This document shows, one piece after another, positions 9,035-18,294 of a stretch of DNA of 64,000 bases. Position 1 is the first letter of the stretch, and each line of letters begins with the position of its first letter. Under the pieces are notes generated by a model. It was given only the letters and a program-made list of their open reading frames with translations. It had not been told where the DNA came from and made no database searches. Made by a program: the position numbers and the translations under genes. Origin of the DNA: an uncultured Candidatus Marinamargulisbacteria bacterium. Lineage in GTDB: Bacteria > Margulisbacteria > Riflemargulisbacteria > GWF2-35-9. The DNA is taken from contig CAIWAN010000052.1 in NCBI GenBank assembly GCA_903910705.1, forward strand, positions 5,844-69,843, given 5' to 3'.

Positions 9035-9526
9035 ATGGAACAGGCCATCCCTAACAAAAAAAATAAATCCTTGTACGTTACCATTGGTCTGGCTGCAGGC
9101 GTTACCATGGCGTTCATTATTACTGCGATCATTGCTTTTATGCTCATCAATAAGCCCATTCCCAGTATCAATGCCGCAGAGGAACCCTTTACGCAAATGG
9201 TTCCCATGCGCGAATTTGTCGTCAATTTACTGGATATGGGGGGGCGTCGATATTTAAAAATTCAAATCGACTACGAAATTGAGCTGACAAAAAAACCTAA
9301 AGGAGGCGGCGAGGGTAAGGGGCCCGAGATCCCACCCGAGATCAAAGAAAAAGAATCCATATTACGGAACTATATTATCAATATCCTGTCCAATAATTCT
9401 GCAGCGGATATTCGATCCATCGAAGGTAAAAATGAGCTTAGAAAAGCGATTTTAGTCAAAAGCAACTTCATCCTTAAAAAGACAAAAGTATTGAACGTGT
9501 ATTTCAACGACTTTATAATACAGTAA
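9035..9526 (+). CDS. fliL: flagellar basal-body-associated protein FliL
   Basis: Single N-terminal TM helix, matching size, and position in the cluster. Confidence 0.55.
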   Translation: MEQAIPNKKNKSLYVTIGLAAGVTMAFIITAIIAFMLINKPIPSINAAEEPFTQMVPMREFVVNLLDMGGRRYLKIQIDYEIELTKKPKGGGEGKGPEIPPEIKEKESILRNYIINILSNNSAADIRSIEGKNELRKAILVKSNFILKKTKVLNVYFNDFIIQ

Positions 9527-9546
9527 CATAATCAAAGGATGTCAAA

Positions 9547-9969
9547 ATGAGCGGAGATATCAGTATAGACCAAAATGAAATTGACTCCTTGCTCGGATTT
9601 GAGGCTTCACCCCCACGGTCTAAACCACCTCCCCCTCCTGAAAAAAAGAGTCCCACCCTACACGCAGAAAATATCAGTTACCAAACACTCATCAATGACA
9701 AGCCCTCTGGATCTTCCAGCGAGATCGATCTGGTCGGCGATATCCCTCTCGAACTTTCTGTCGAGCTCGGTCGGACAAAACGATCGATTGCCGACATCCT
9801 TGATTTTGGTATCGGTACCGTCGTCGAACTGACACGATTAGCCGGCGAACCCGTCGATCTGATGGCCAATGGCAAGCTCATTGCCAAGGGCGAAGTTGTG
9901 GTCATTGATGAGAACTTTGCCCTCCGCATCACGGACATCATCAGCCAAAAATCCAAAAAAGAGTCCTAG
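9547..9969 (+). CDS. fliN: flagellar motor switch protein FliN (SpoA domain)
   Basis: C-terminal block DIPLELSVELGRTKRSIADILDFGIGTVVELTRLAGEPVDLMANGKLIAKGEVVVIDENFALRITDI. Confidence 0.8.
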   Translation: MSGDISIDQNEIDSLLGFEASPPRSKPPPPPEKKSPTLHAENISYQTLINDKPSGSSSEIDLVGDIPLELSVELGRTKRSIADILDFGIGTVVELTRLAGEPVDLMANGKLIAKGEVVVIDENFALRITDIISQKSKKES

Positions 9970-9974
9970 GTCAA

Positions 9975-10475
9975 ATGGCCACGCCGGATCCTCTCTTCTT
10001 CATAACCGAACATTCAGTCAGCAATAATACCGCAGGAAACACGACTTCAACGATGACCATAAGCCCGGTTCACTTCATTTTAAATGTTATTTTTGTCCTC
10101 GTTCTTTTGTACCTTACGCTGCTTGTTATTCGACTTATCTACCGAAAAACAGGCCTCGCCCATTCTCACGTTCTCAAAGAGATCCCGTTGGGGCCTACAA
10201 GTAAACTTCAATACATCAACGTCGGAGACAAACTTTACCTATTGGCTCAAAACGGGACGCAAATGGTTCATCTTGATACCCTTAGTGACCCTAGCCTTAT
10301 CCTCAGATTACTTGACGAGGCCACCCCCCTGAAACAACCCTCCTTTGCATGGGGAACACTGTTGAACTTTTTTAAACGAAACCGATCGATCGACCTTGAA
10401 CCCGAACAGTTTGACACGACCCTTAAGAAAATCCTTCAAAACTCGAACAAACTTGAGGACATGAATAACCGATGA
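9975..10475 (+). CDS. fliO: flagellar biosynthesis protein FliO/FliZ
   Basis: Single TM helix, located immediately upstream of fliP and overlapping it. Confidence 0.5.
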   Translation: MATPDPLFFITEHSVSNNTAGNTTSTMTISPVHFILNVIFVLVLLYLTLLVIRLIYRKTGLAHSHVLKEIPLGPTSKLQYINVGDKLYLLAQNGTQMVHLDTLSDPSLILRLLDEATPLKQPSFAWGTLLNFFKRNRSIDLEPEQFDTTLKKILQNSNKLEDMNNR

Positions 10476-11152
10476 ACTTCACCATCCCCAAACTCACCAT
10501 GGCCCTGAGCCAAACCAGTGATCCCGCCTCGCTCAATACAGCCCTGCAAATTATGATCGTCCTGACGGTATTGTCGTTGGCCCCATCTATCATTATTATG
10601 ATGACCTCCTTTACTCGCATCATCATTGTGCTAGGGTTTGTTCGAAACGCGCTTGGCACGCAACAAACTCCACCAACTCAAGTATTGGTCGGTATAGCCC
10701 TATTCTTGACCTTTTTTATCATGGCACCGATCTTTAATGAGATAAATGACGTGGCCATTAAACCCTACACGACAAAACAGATCACGCAAGCCCAAGCCTT
10801 TGATCGGGGCATGGAGCCCATGAGAACCTTTATGTTCAAACAAACGCGAAAAAGCGATCTCCTCCTTTTTGTAAAATACTCCCACTTAAAACCGAAAAGC
10901 AAAGCGGACATCCCCAATCATGTCCTTATCATTTCGTTTATTCTTTCTGAACTAAAAACAGCCTTCCAAATGGGGTTTGTGATCTTTATCCCCTTCCTTA
11001 TCATCGACATCACGATCTCCACTTTATTAATGGCGATGGGCATGATGATGTTACCCCCCGTCATGATCTCCCTTCCCTTTAAGATCCTCTTGTTTATTAT
11101 GGTTGATGGGTGGAACTTGATCGCCCAGTCCTTGCTATACAGCTTCCGTTAG
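10472..11152 (+). CDS. fliP: flagellar export apparatus protein FliP
   Basis: Conserved FliP blocks (LALQIMIVLTVLSLAPSIIIMMTSFTRIIIVL..., GMMMLPP). Confidence 0.9.
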   Translation: MNFTIPKLTMALSQTSDPASLNTALQIMIVLTVLSLAPSIIIMMTSFTRIIIVLGFVRNALGTQQTPPTQVLVGIALFLTFFIMAPIFNEINDVAIKPYTTKQITQAQAFDRGMEPMRTFMFKQTRKSDLLLFVKYSHLKPKSKADIPNHVLIISFILSELKTAFQMGFVIFIPFLIIDITISTLLMAMGMMMLPPVMISLPFKILLFIMVDGWNLIAQSLLYSFR

Positions 11153-11162
11153 GAGCCAATAA

Positions 11163-11432
11163 ATGGGCGAAGCCTACATTATGAATCTGGGTCGAGAATC
11201 CCTCATGATCGTGTTGATGCTCTCTGCCCCCTTCCTCATTTCTTCTTTAGTCATAGGGATCATTATTTCGATTCTTCAAGCCGTAACCCAAATTCAAGAC
11301 ATGACCATCTCGTTTGTACCTAAATTCATATTATTGGGGGTTGTCTTGCTGGCCACTGGGGGTTGGATGATGAGCATCATGCATGATTTCACCATCCGCA
11401 TCATTCAGAATACCTCGCTGTTTACACGATGA
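11163..11432 (+). CDS. fliQ: flagellar export apparatus protein FliQ
   Basis: 89-aa two-TM protein in the conserved position. Confidence 0.85.
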   Translation: MGEAYIMNLGRESLMIVLMLSAPFLISSLVIGIIISILQAVTQIQDMTISFVPKFILLGVVLLATGGWMMSIMHDFTIRIIQNTSLFTR

Positions 11433-12211
11433 CCTATCCGGTCATAAATCTCGCGTCCCTTTCTTTATTTCTGGTCTTCTTGGCTCGGGTATCGGGCATC
11501 TTCATCAGTGCCCCCTTGTTTGGTGCCCGCAACGTTCCAACCCGCGTTCGCATCGGCATGGCCATCGTGCTAGCCTATATCTTCTTTGAGTTGCTTCGCG
11601 GACAAGCCCCCGCCCTACCCAACACCATGAACTGGATGAATCTTGGGCTGTTAATTATTCTTGAGATCCTGGTAGGCCTCTTGATCGGATTTACGGCTAT
11701 GCTCATCTTTTTGGCCATTCAATTTGCTGGACATCTCATCGACATTGTCACCGGCATGCAGATGGCCAGCGTGTTCGATCCCGCCACCAGCGCGCAACAA
11801 TCCCTCTTTGGTCAATTCCAGTATATTTTAGCGCTCCTTCTTTTCCTTGCCTTTAATGGACATCACTTTATTATTCATGCGCTTTATCAAAGTTATTCGC
11901 TCATTCCCATCGGCTCATTGAGCTTTTCGGGGGGCGATCCTCTTATTTTCATGAAGATCGTCGGCACCAGTTTTTCGGTTGGCTTGCAACTGGCTGCACC
12001 GATCATGGCCATGCTTTTCTTAATTGATTTCAGCCTTGGCATTATCGCAAAAGGCGTCCCGCAAATGAATGTCTTTGTGACAGGGATGCCGATCAAATCA
12101 CTCGTAGGGATCATGGGGCTGTTTATTGTCATGTCCTACTATGGCAATTTCTTTAGCCACATTCCAAAGTTAGCCTATACGGACATCATCGCCGTATTGA
12201 AAGCGCTCTAA
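11429..12211 (+). CDS. fliR: flagellar export apparatus protein FliR
   Basis: 260-aa polytopic membrane protein between fliQ and flhB. Confidence 0.85.
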   Translation: MTYPVINLASLSLFLVFLARVSGIFISAPLFGARNVPTRVRIGMAIVLAYIFFELLRGQAPALPNTMNWMNLGLLIILEILVGLLIGFTAMLIFLAIQFAGHLIDIVTGMQMASVFDPATSAQQSLFGQFQYILALLLFLAFNGHHFIIHALYQSYSLIPIGSLSFSGGDPLIFMKIVGTSFSVGLQLAAPIMAMLFLIDFSLGIIAKGVPQMNVFVTGMPIKSLVGIMGLFIVMSYYGNFFSHIPKLAYTDIIAVLKAL

Positions 12212-13279
12212 ATGGCCGATCCCTCTCGTTCGGAAAAAGCGACCACTCGGCGACGACAAGACTATCGCAAAAAGGGCAGTGTCGCAAAAAGTGTCGAGAT
12301 CAATACGGCCGCGATCCTCTTGGCTGCCTTCATATATTTAAAGTTTGCTGGTGGGTTCATTTATGGACATTTACTTCAAATATTCCGATTCTATTTCGAA
12401 AATTTGAACACCATCGATGTCCAACAAGAGAGCCTACTAAATGTTGCCTTTAATGCTACCTTCCATATTGTCATTCTGACAGTGCCCTTTCTGCTATTTA
12501 TGATGCTGGTCGTCATGGTGGCCTCTTGGCTTCAAATAGGATTTATGTTTACCCTTGAGCCCATAAAACCCAGTTTCAGCAAGATCAACATTCTCAAAGG
12601 ATTTCAGAATTTATTCAGTAAACGCTCCCTCGAAACCCTCATCAAATCCTTGGCTAAGGTCATCATTATCGGCTATATCGTCTACTCGACCATTCGAAAA
12701 GACATTCCGATCATGCTCGACTTTTTCAATATCCCCATTGAAAATGCTTTTCTCATTCTTTGTAAACTCGCCATGGACGTTTTGTTAAAGATCATCCTTG
12801 CGTTTGTTGTTCTGGCAGGGATCGACTATCTCTTTCAACGATGGCAACTTGAGGAACAAATGAAAATGACAAAACAAGAGATCAAAGAAGAATATAAACG
12901 GACCGAAGGTGATCCGACGATCAAAGCCGAGATCCGCCGTCGTCAACACGAAATGGCTCGTCATCGCATGATGCAAGACGTTCCCAAAGCCGACGTGGTC
13001 GTTACGAATCCCATTCATGTAGCTGTTGCGATCAAATACAATGCTGCCGAGATGCGGGCTCCTATCGTTGTCGCCAAAGGCATGAATCTCGTTGCCGAGA
13101 AGATCAAGCAACTCGCTTCTGAGAACGACATTCCGATGGTAGAAAATCCACCCTTGGCGAGAGCCCTTTATAAATCCGCAAAGGTTGGCAAAGAGATCCC
13201 CGCCGATATGTACTCGGTTGTAGCCGAGGTATTGACCTATTTATATCGACTTAAGGGGAAAACGTTTGGGGTTATTTAA
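12212..13279 (+). CDS. flhB: flagellar export switch protein FlhB
   Basis: FlhB architecture, with a conserved C-terminal cytoplasmic domain (TNPIHVAVAIKYN...). Confidence 0.9.
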   Translation: MADPSRSEKATTRRRQDYRKKGSVAKSVEINTAAILLAAFIYLKFAGGFIYGHLLQIFRFYFENLNTIDVQQESLLNVAFNATFHIVILTVPFLLFMMLVVMVASWLQIGFMFTLEPIKPSFSKINILKGFQNLFSKRSLETLIKSLAKVIIIGYIVYSTIRKDIPIMLDFFNIPIENAFLILCKLAMDVLLKIILAFVVLAGIDYLFQRWQLEEQMKMTKQEIKEEYKRTEGDPTIKAEIRRRQHEMARHRMMQDVPKADVVVTNPIHVAVAIKYNAAEMRAPIVVAKGMNLVAEKIKQLASENDIPMVENPPLARALYKSAKVGKEIPADMYSVVAEVLTYLYRLKGKTFGVI

Positions 13280-15110
13280 GGTTCGACAGATGGACTTGAT
13301 TTCCTTTGATTCGAGCAAGCATGACGTCGACACCCCCAACCGATAATGCTTCTGTCATTTCAAGGGGACTCGGCATCGGGATCGACTGGTTCCCAATTTG
13401 CAGCTGTGTTCCCGATAACGACGAAGATAGCATCATCAGCGCGGTTGAATCAATCTTCCCCATACCTGACAGAAGATCTTTGATTCGTTCAAGCAAGGCA
13501 GCATCGGGCGCAACACCCGCCTGCTGAAGGAGTTGCAACATTTCCTCCGGATCCGTCATTGACATCAACTGCTCAATTAACGCTTCTGGCGAGATTTTTT
13601 CGCCCGTATCATCCAATAGCGCTTGCAACCCATTGTCTGACATCATTTTCTTGAAAAGTTCCATGAAATTTTGAGGCTGGGAGGGGGCACTTACGATCAC
13701 GACCGTTCCGATCATCTCAACCACGGCCCCTTTAGCCTTGCTCATATCGAATTTCACTCCATCGATATCCAGCACCATAAAATTCGTGTCCATGATCGCC
13801 AGATTGCCTCGATAATCAAAGGCCAGATTACCATTTTGATCAACAGCGATCCCCACCGTCACGGTCAAAACGATGAGTTTTCCGCCCACCCGAATGAAGA
13901 TCTGCTTATTGTACGGTCGCATGGTGATTTCTTTTTTCTTTACGGTAAGTTTAAGGTGATCGCCCTCCATCGTGATATTGGCTTTTTTAGGAAGCGACAC
14001 CCGACTCTCACCATAACGAAGCAGACGTTTACGGCCATTGAGGGACAGTCCTTCGCCAAATTTTAGCGATCCTCGAACAACCTCAACCGTAGCGCCCTTT
14101 TCAAACTGGACACCGATCCCATCAGACTGAACATGGGCCTGAGCCAATTGAACCCTAACCAGCTGATGATCAAGTTCAAAGGCAACATGTCCCTGATTAT
14201 CGACCACCGCATTCGTTCGAGGGGACATCAGCAGATGGCTCCCTCCCAAGGAAAGTTGCACTTTATCTGCAATAGTCATAAATTGAAGTCGTTGCGTTGC
14301 CTTCTGCTCATTAACCAGAACCTCGACGCTATCCTCCATGATGATCAGACGAGATTGCCAAGGCACTTTGATGGCATTCTTTCCCAGCTTCATCACGCCT
14401 CGTTGGAAATCAAAACTCATGATGTCACCGAATTGAAGGCCTTTTCCTGCCATCAACACAGGAAGATCGATCGGGTTATACGAAACACGATAGGGCCCAC
14501 ACTTAACCGAGCGATCGCGAAGATTCATCACCGCGACATCACCCGCTAGATCAAAAGCTAGGATCGCATGTTCATCAAGGTATCCATTGGTTGCGTCCAT
14601 CCATTGGATCGTTGTCGGCCCCAGTTTGATCTGTGCTGCCCCCGAAGCGAATGAGACAATAACCGGTTCATCGCACCCATCAAGAACGATCCCCACTTCA
14701 GAATCGCTCATCCCCAGTTCACAGTTTGAGGGAATTTGAAGTTGATTCTGTAGGATCGATAAAATACGTAGGGTTGAGTCGTATCGGACACCGTTAGGAA
14801 ACAACAACCCTTCATCGTCTTGAACGACCGCCCCGCCCATCATGAGATGGGCCACGATATTCTTATCTTTAAATATTAAATTGTCTTGCTCTTGTCGTAG
14901 GTGATGTCGCGACACGACATACGTACTAACGGTCACGTCGCTTTCATCCGTTTCTTCGCTCACAACAAGGTCTTCCTTGTCCACCGCTTCAAAGAGAGTT
15001 GACATGGTCACGAGGTTTTCTAACGACTCAAAAAGACCGACCTCGTCAATCGTATCAACAACGATCGACTGCGTAGACGGAGCGACAAGTGTTTGTTGTT
15101 GATCTTGCAT
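13272..15110 (-). CDS. hypothetical beta-rich repeat protein (612 aa) with a helical C-terminal tail
   Basis: Internal units of about 35-60 aa, for example GIVLDGCDEPVIVSF, HAILAFDLAGDVAVMNL, NGNLAFDYRGNLAIMD. There is no Walker A motif, so it is not FlhA or FlhF. A GGAGA RBS precedes the start. Its stop overlaps the flhB stop by 8 bp. Confidence 0.5.
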   Translation of the reverse strand: MQDQQQTLVAPSTQSIVVDTIDEVGLFESLENLVTMSTLFEAVDKEDLVVSEETDESDVTVSTYVVSRHHLRQEQDNLIFKDKNIVAHLMMGGAVVQDDEGLLFPNGVRYDSTLRILSILQNQLQIPSNCELGMSDSEVGIVLDGCDEPVIVSFASGAAQIKLGPTTIQWMDATNGYLDEHAILAFDLAGDVAVMNLRDRSVKCGPYRVSYNPIDLPVLMAGKGLQFGDIMSFDFQRGVMKLGKNAIKVPWQSRLIIMEDSVEVLVNEQKATQRLQFMTIADKVQLSLGGSHLLMSPRTNAVVDNQGHVAFELDHQLVRVQLAQAHVQSDGIGVQFEKGATVEVVRGSLKFGEGLSLNGRKRLLRYGESRVSLPKKANITMEGDHLKLTVKKKEITMRPYNKQIFIRVGGKLIVLTVTVGIAVDQNGNLAFDYRGNLAIMDTNFMVLDIDGVKFDMSKAKGAVVEMIGTVVIVSAPSQPQNFMELFKKMMSDNGLQALLDDTGEKISPEALIEQLMSMTDPEEMLQLLQQAGVAPDAALLERIKDLLSGMGKIDSTALMMLSSSLSGTQLQIGNQSIPMPSPLEMTEALSVGGVDVMLARIKGNQVHLSNLK

Positions 15111-17452
15111 TAGGCTGTCTCCACGATGGTCATAACGCTATATCGATCGGCACTTGGCAACTCATCCATCATGCTAGACTCTTCTTTTAGCCGACTCATG
15201 AGTTTCATCATTTCTCGATGGCGAACCACAAGCTGAGGAAGATCCATTTCGGACAAACGAACCCCGATCATGTCGACTTCTTTTCGCGTGATCTCGAACA
15301 TACGATGATTCGACTCATCTCGAAGTTTGTTAAACTCAGTCTTATCGATCTTAATCCCCGCTTTATCCGCGTTCTTGAGTATTCCTTTTATTTTATGCTC
15401 AATAAGCGTATAGGCCGGTCCTTGTAGCTCATAGAGGGTTGAGCGCTCCTCAAGAGCCTCCCGCAACATGTCCAAAATATTATCTTTAGCGACCAGTTCC
15501 GCTTCTTTTTGGATTTTGTCATTGAGCACATCGGTATAAACGCCCAATTTCATGAGCCCATTCTTCAACTTCCGAATTTTAAATTCAGTGTCCAACGTCG
15601 TCCGAAGCCCCGGTGAAACGGCTCGCTGAAGATAAAGAGCCCGAAGTCGATTGATAAAAATATCCTTCTCGTCGTTTTCTTGATATTCATAGCCATGTTT
15701 CTCGCGTTTATGTTGCTGTTGTCCACTGTCACCCGTGTTGACATTAACACTCATGCCCGCTATTTTTGAGGGATCGATCGTGATCTTTTCTTTTGCTAAG
15801 CCCAAATTCTTCATCATGGCTTCCATCGCTGTCTGAGCCCACTCTTCGGTGATCTTGGGGTTATTGGTTATTTTATTCAGATCGGATACTTTTTGCTCAA
15901 AATCACGGATCTTGCCGGCTTTGTCTTTTGAGGCATCCAACGAGGCTGACATGACGAACTGGCCCAATTCATCAACGGCGAAATCAGCCAAGTCTTTGCT
16001 GGCAAAGTACATCGCCTTATTGATCATGCCTTGGAACCCGTCATCAAAGTTACCAAAATCTTGACCACCTAATAACATATTGTTAACAAAATAATCGGTA
16101 AACTTATTCAGTCGCGCATCCCCCGCTGCCGAATCATATTGATCAAGAAGGCTGAGTTGTTTATTTAAAATGGCATCTTTAATGTCGCTTCGGATCTCAT
16201 CTTTAACCGATTTTTTAACGGCAAGCTGAATATCCTTTAGCTGTCGGGATGTTAAGCCATATTCTTTGAGCAACGACTCTTCTTGCTTGCCCACTGCGAA
16301 CAAATCCTTCTTATTACTGATCAGACTGGTTCGCAGACTTTGCGTGTACTTTTCGATAGCAACATCTCGAGTATCCGTTTCGTCTGTTGGCTTTGGTCTT
16401 TGTTTTGATATTTGAACCGGCTCGTCGCGGTCACGACTTTGATCTCTACCACCCGAACCATCCGATTGATCCCCTGAACTGGCAACCTGAATACGTCCAC
16501 CCTGTGCCGCTTCGATATCATCATCTTTTTGTTGATCGGCATCAACCTTGTCTTTCGCTTCGACATCTTTATCTTCATCTGTCTCCGTTTTTTCCGTGGA
16601 TTCTACGTCAGCCCCCTCGATCGAAGCAACCTGACTTTTGGGATCTTTCGATGCCTGTTTCAGCCCCTCGAGCCGATCTTGATCCGATTGCTCACTCTGA
16701 GCCTTTGCATCCGATCGATCATCTGAATCGGCGCCTTCATCAGAAAGCCCTATAATGCGCTGATCCCGCGAGAGCCCCGTAGAGGATTTATCCTGAACAA
16801 GCCCACTCTCTTGACCTTCATCTGAAGTGACTTTTTCGTCAAGGGGGTTCATCTTCTCCCCTGCGTCAGACGAAGCATCGGGTAAAAGCGTCTTCTCCAG
16901 AATACTATCACTTGATAGCTCTAGTTTTTGAATTTGATTACGGATGGAATTATGATCCGTTGACAAATGATCCTCGAGTCCACGTTGGCTCTGGGCTTGA
17001 TCGACTTCATCAGCAGGAGAAGCCGCTTCCGAAATTTTCGCTCGGTCTGCTTTTGCTGTACTTACCGCCTGTGTTAGCTGCCCCATTCGAGCACTGGCAC
17101 TGATCGTTACCTCGTCGGTTGACAAGGGAGATGCGCCAAAAAGCAGTTTCAGGTCACTCGTGAGCCCCGAATCTTTGCGGCCTTTATCTGATGAGGTCAG
17201 GATGTCGGACCCTGTACTCGCAACCTTTTGGATAAAGTCTTTTAAGAGATCTTTCTTCGCCTCGGTTTCTTTCCCCTGAATAATCTGCTGGATGGGCGAA
17301 CGAACCTCAACCTTATCTTTTAATTGAGTTTGTTGTTGGGTTTGACGAATGTCGGCATTGATCTCGTCAGTAGATTGGAGGACAACCTTCTGGATGTCAT
17401 CGGTATTGACATTGACGCGTCGTTGCACATTCGCTTGATGACTTAATTCCAT
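15110..17452 (-). CDS. hypothetical acidic low-complexity protein (780 aa): a D/E/S/K/Q-rich, probably disordered N-terminal 450 aa and a more globular C-terminal roughly 330 aa
   Basis: AGGAGA RBS. Its stop overlaps the downstream start (TAATG). No motif I recognise. Confidence 0.5.
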   Translation of the reverse strand: MELSHQANVQRRVNVNTDDIQKVVLQSTDEINADIRQTQQQTQLKDKVEVRSPIQQIIQGKETEAKKDLLKDFIQKVASTGSDILTSSDKGRKDSGLTSDLKLLFGASPLSTDEVTISASARMGQLTQAVSTAKADRAKISEAASPADEVDQAQSQRGLEDHLSTDHNSIRNQIQKLELSSDSILEKTLLPDASSDAGEKMNPLDEKVTSDEGQESGLVQDKSSTGLSRDQRIIGLSDEGADSDDRSDAKAQSEQSDQDRLEGLKQASKDPKSQVASIEGADVESTEKTETDEDKDVEAKDKVDADQQKDDDIEAAQGGRIQVASSGDQSDGSGGRDQSRDRDEPVQISKQRPKPTDETDTRDVAIEKYTQSLRTSLISNKKDLFAVGKQEESLLKEYGLTSRQLKDIQLAVKKSVKDEIRSDIKDAILNKQLSLLDQYDSAAGDARLNKFTDYFVNNMLLGGQDFGNFDDGFQGMINKAMYFASKDLADFAVDELGQFVMSASLDASKDKAGKIRDFEQKVSDLNKITNNPKITEEWAQTAMEAMMKNLGLAKEKITIDPSKIAGMSVNVNTGDSGQQQHKREKHGYEYQENDEKDIFINRLRALYLQRAVSPGLRTTLDTEFKIRKLKNGLMKLGVYTDVLNDKIQKEAELVAKDNILDMLREALEERSTLYELQGPAYTLIEHKIKGILKNADKAGIKIDKTEFNKLRDESNHRMFEITRKEVDMIGVRLSEMDLPQLVVRHREMMKLMSRLKEESSMMDELPSADRYSVMTIVETA

Positions 17453-17460
17453 AACATCTC

Positions 17461-17679
17461 CTATGAGATTTCTAGAATTCGTTGGGTTAAGCGGGTAATT
17501 CGATCTTTAGCCGTGGACTGTTCTTCTTGACGATAGAGCTTGGCAAGGCGAGCTTCGTGAACCTCAATACGCTTCAGCATATTGTTGGCCAACGAGCCGA
17601 TCTTTACAATTTTGAGTTCAAGCTCGTGACGGGGTGATAGCCCCAACTCGGTTTGCTCGCCAACCATGACTTGTTCCAT
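17461..17679 (-). CDS. hypothetical small coiled-coil protein (72 aa)
   Basis: Strong GGAGGGG RBS. It is the first gene of the three-gene minus-strand operon. Confidence 0.45.
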   Translation of the reverse strand: MEQVMVGEQTELGLSPRHELELKIVKIGSLANNMLKRIEVHEARLAKLYRQEEQSTAKDRITRLTQRILEIS

Positions 17680-17763
17680 TATTCCCCTCCAAGGTAAAGA
17701 CTTTGCCCCTATCTATATATAGACAAATTCTAGCTTTTTTATGTATGGATTCTTTGTGGTGGG

Positions 17764-17772
17764 TGGTATACT
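17764..17772 (+). promoter_or_regulatory. extended -10 element TGGTATACT upstream of rnhA (the same 9-mer precedes bioA)
   Basis: The 9-mer ends 10 nt before the rnhA ATG. Confidence 0.35.
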
Positions 17773-17781
17773 GGTCAACTC

Positions 17782-18234
17782 ATGAAAACCGTGACTCTTT
17801 ATGGCGATGGGGCGTGTAGTGGGAATCCTGGGCCAGGGGGTTGGGGCGTGGTGATGCTCTTTGAAGGGCATCAAAAAGAACTCTCCGGTGCGGTCGAACT
17901 CACCACGAACAATCAAATGGAGCTTTTGGCGGCGATCAAAGGCCTTGAATCCCTCAAAGAACCTTGCGACGTCACGCTTTTTACCGACAGCAAATATGTC
18001 GTTCAGGGCATGAATGAATGGGTTAAAGACTGGATCGCCCGAGGCTGGCGGACCGCGGCCAAGAAACCTGTCAAAAACATTGAGCTGTGGCAACGCCTCG
18101 TGGCGCTTTCAAAAGCACACACGGTCACCTTTAAATGGGTCAAAGGTCATGATAGCAACCCTTACAACAATCGCTGCGACGAACTTGCCACCACCGCCAT
18201 TACCCTGTTTCGACTGGGCGGGGATGAGTGTTAG
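17782..18234 (+). CDS. rnhA: ribonuclease HI
   Basis: TLYGDGACSGNPGPGGWG ... TNNQMELLAAIKGL ... WVKGHDSNPYNNRCDELA. Confidence 0.85.
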   Translation: MKTVTLYGDGACSGNPGPGGWGVVMLFEGHQKELSGAVELTTNNQMELLAAIKGLESLKEPCDVTLFTDSKYVVQGMNEWVKDWIARGWRTAAKKPVKNIELWQRLVALSKAHTVTFKWVKGHDSNPYNNRCDELATTAITLFRLGGDEC

Positions 18235-18258
18235 GGCTGAACCTGCCACATTATACGC

Positions 18259-18288
18259 TTGCATATTCCGTCAGATTTGACATAATAT
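18259..18288 (+). promoter_or_regulatory. sigma70-like promoter TTGCAT-N17/18-(A)TAATAT placed so that the transcript of the DUF4143 gene would be leaderless or nearly so
   Basis: The -10 ends about 7 nt before the ATG at 18295. No SD is present. Confidence 0.35.
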
Positions 18289-18294
18289 ACAAGC

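Noticed and set aside
16387-16755. 122-aa His/Pro-rich plus-strand ORF
   Set aside because: It lies antisense to the acidic 780-aa gene. It is the mirror image of the D/E-rich codon bias.
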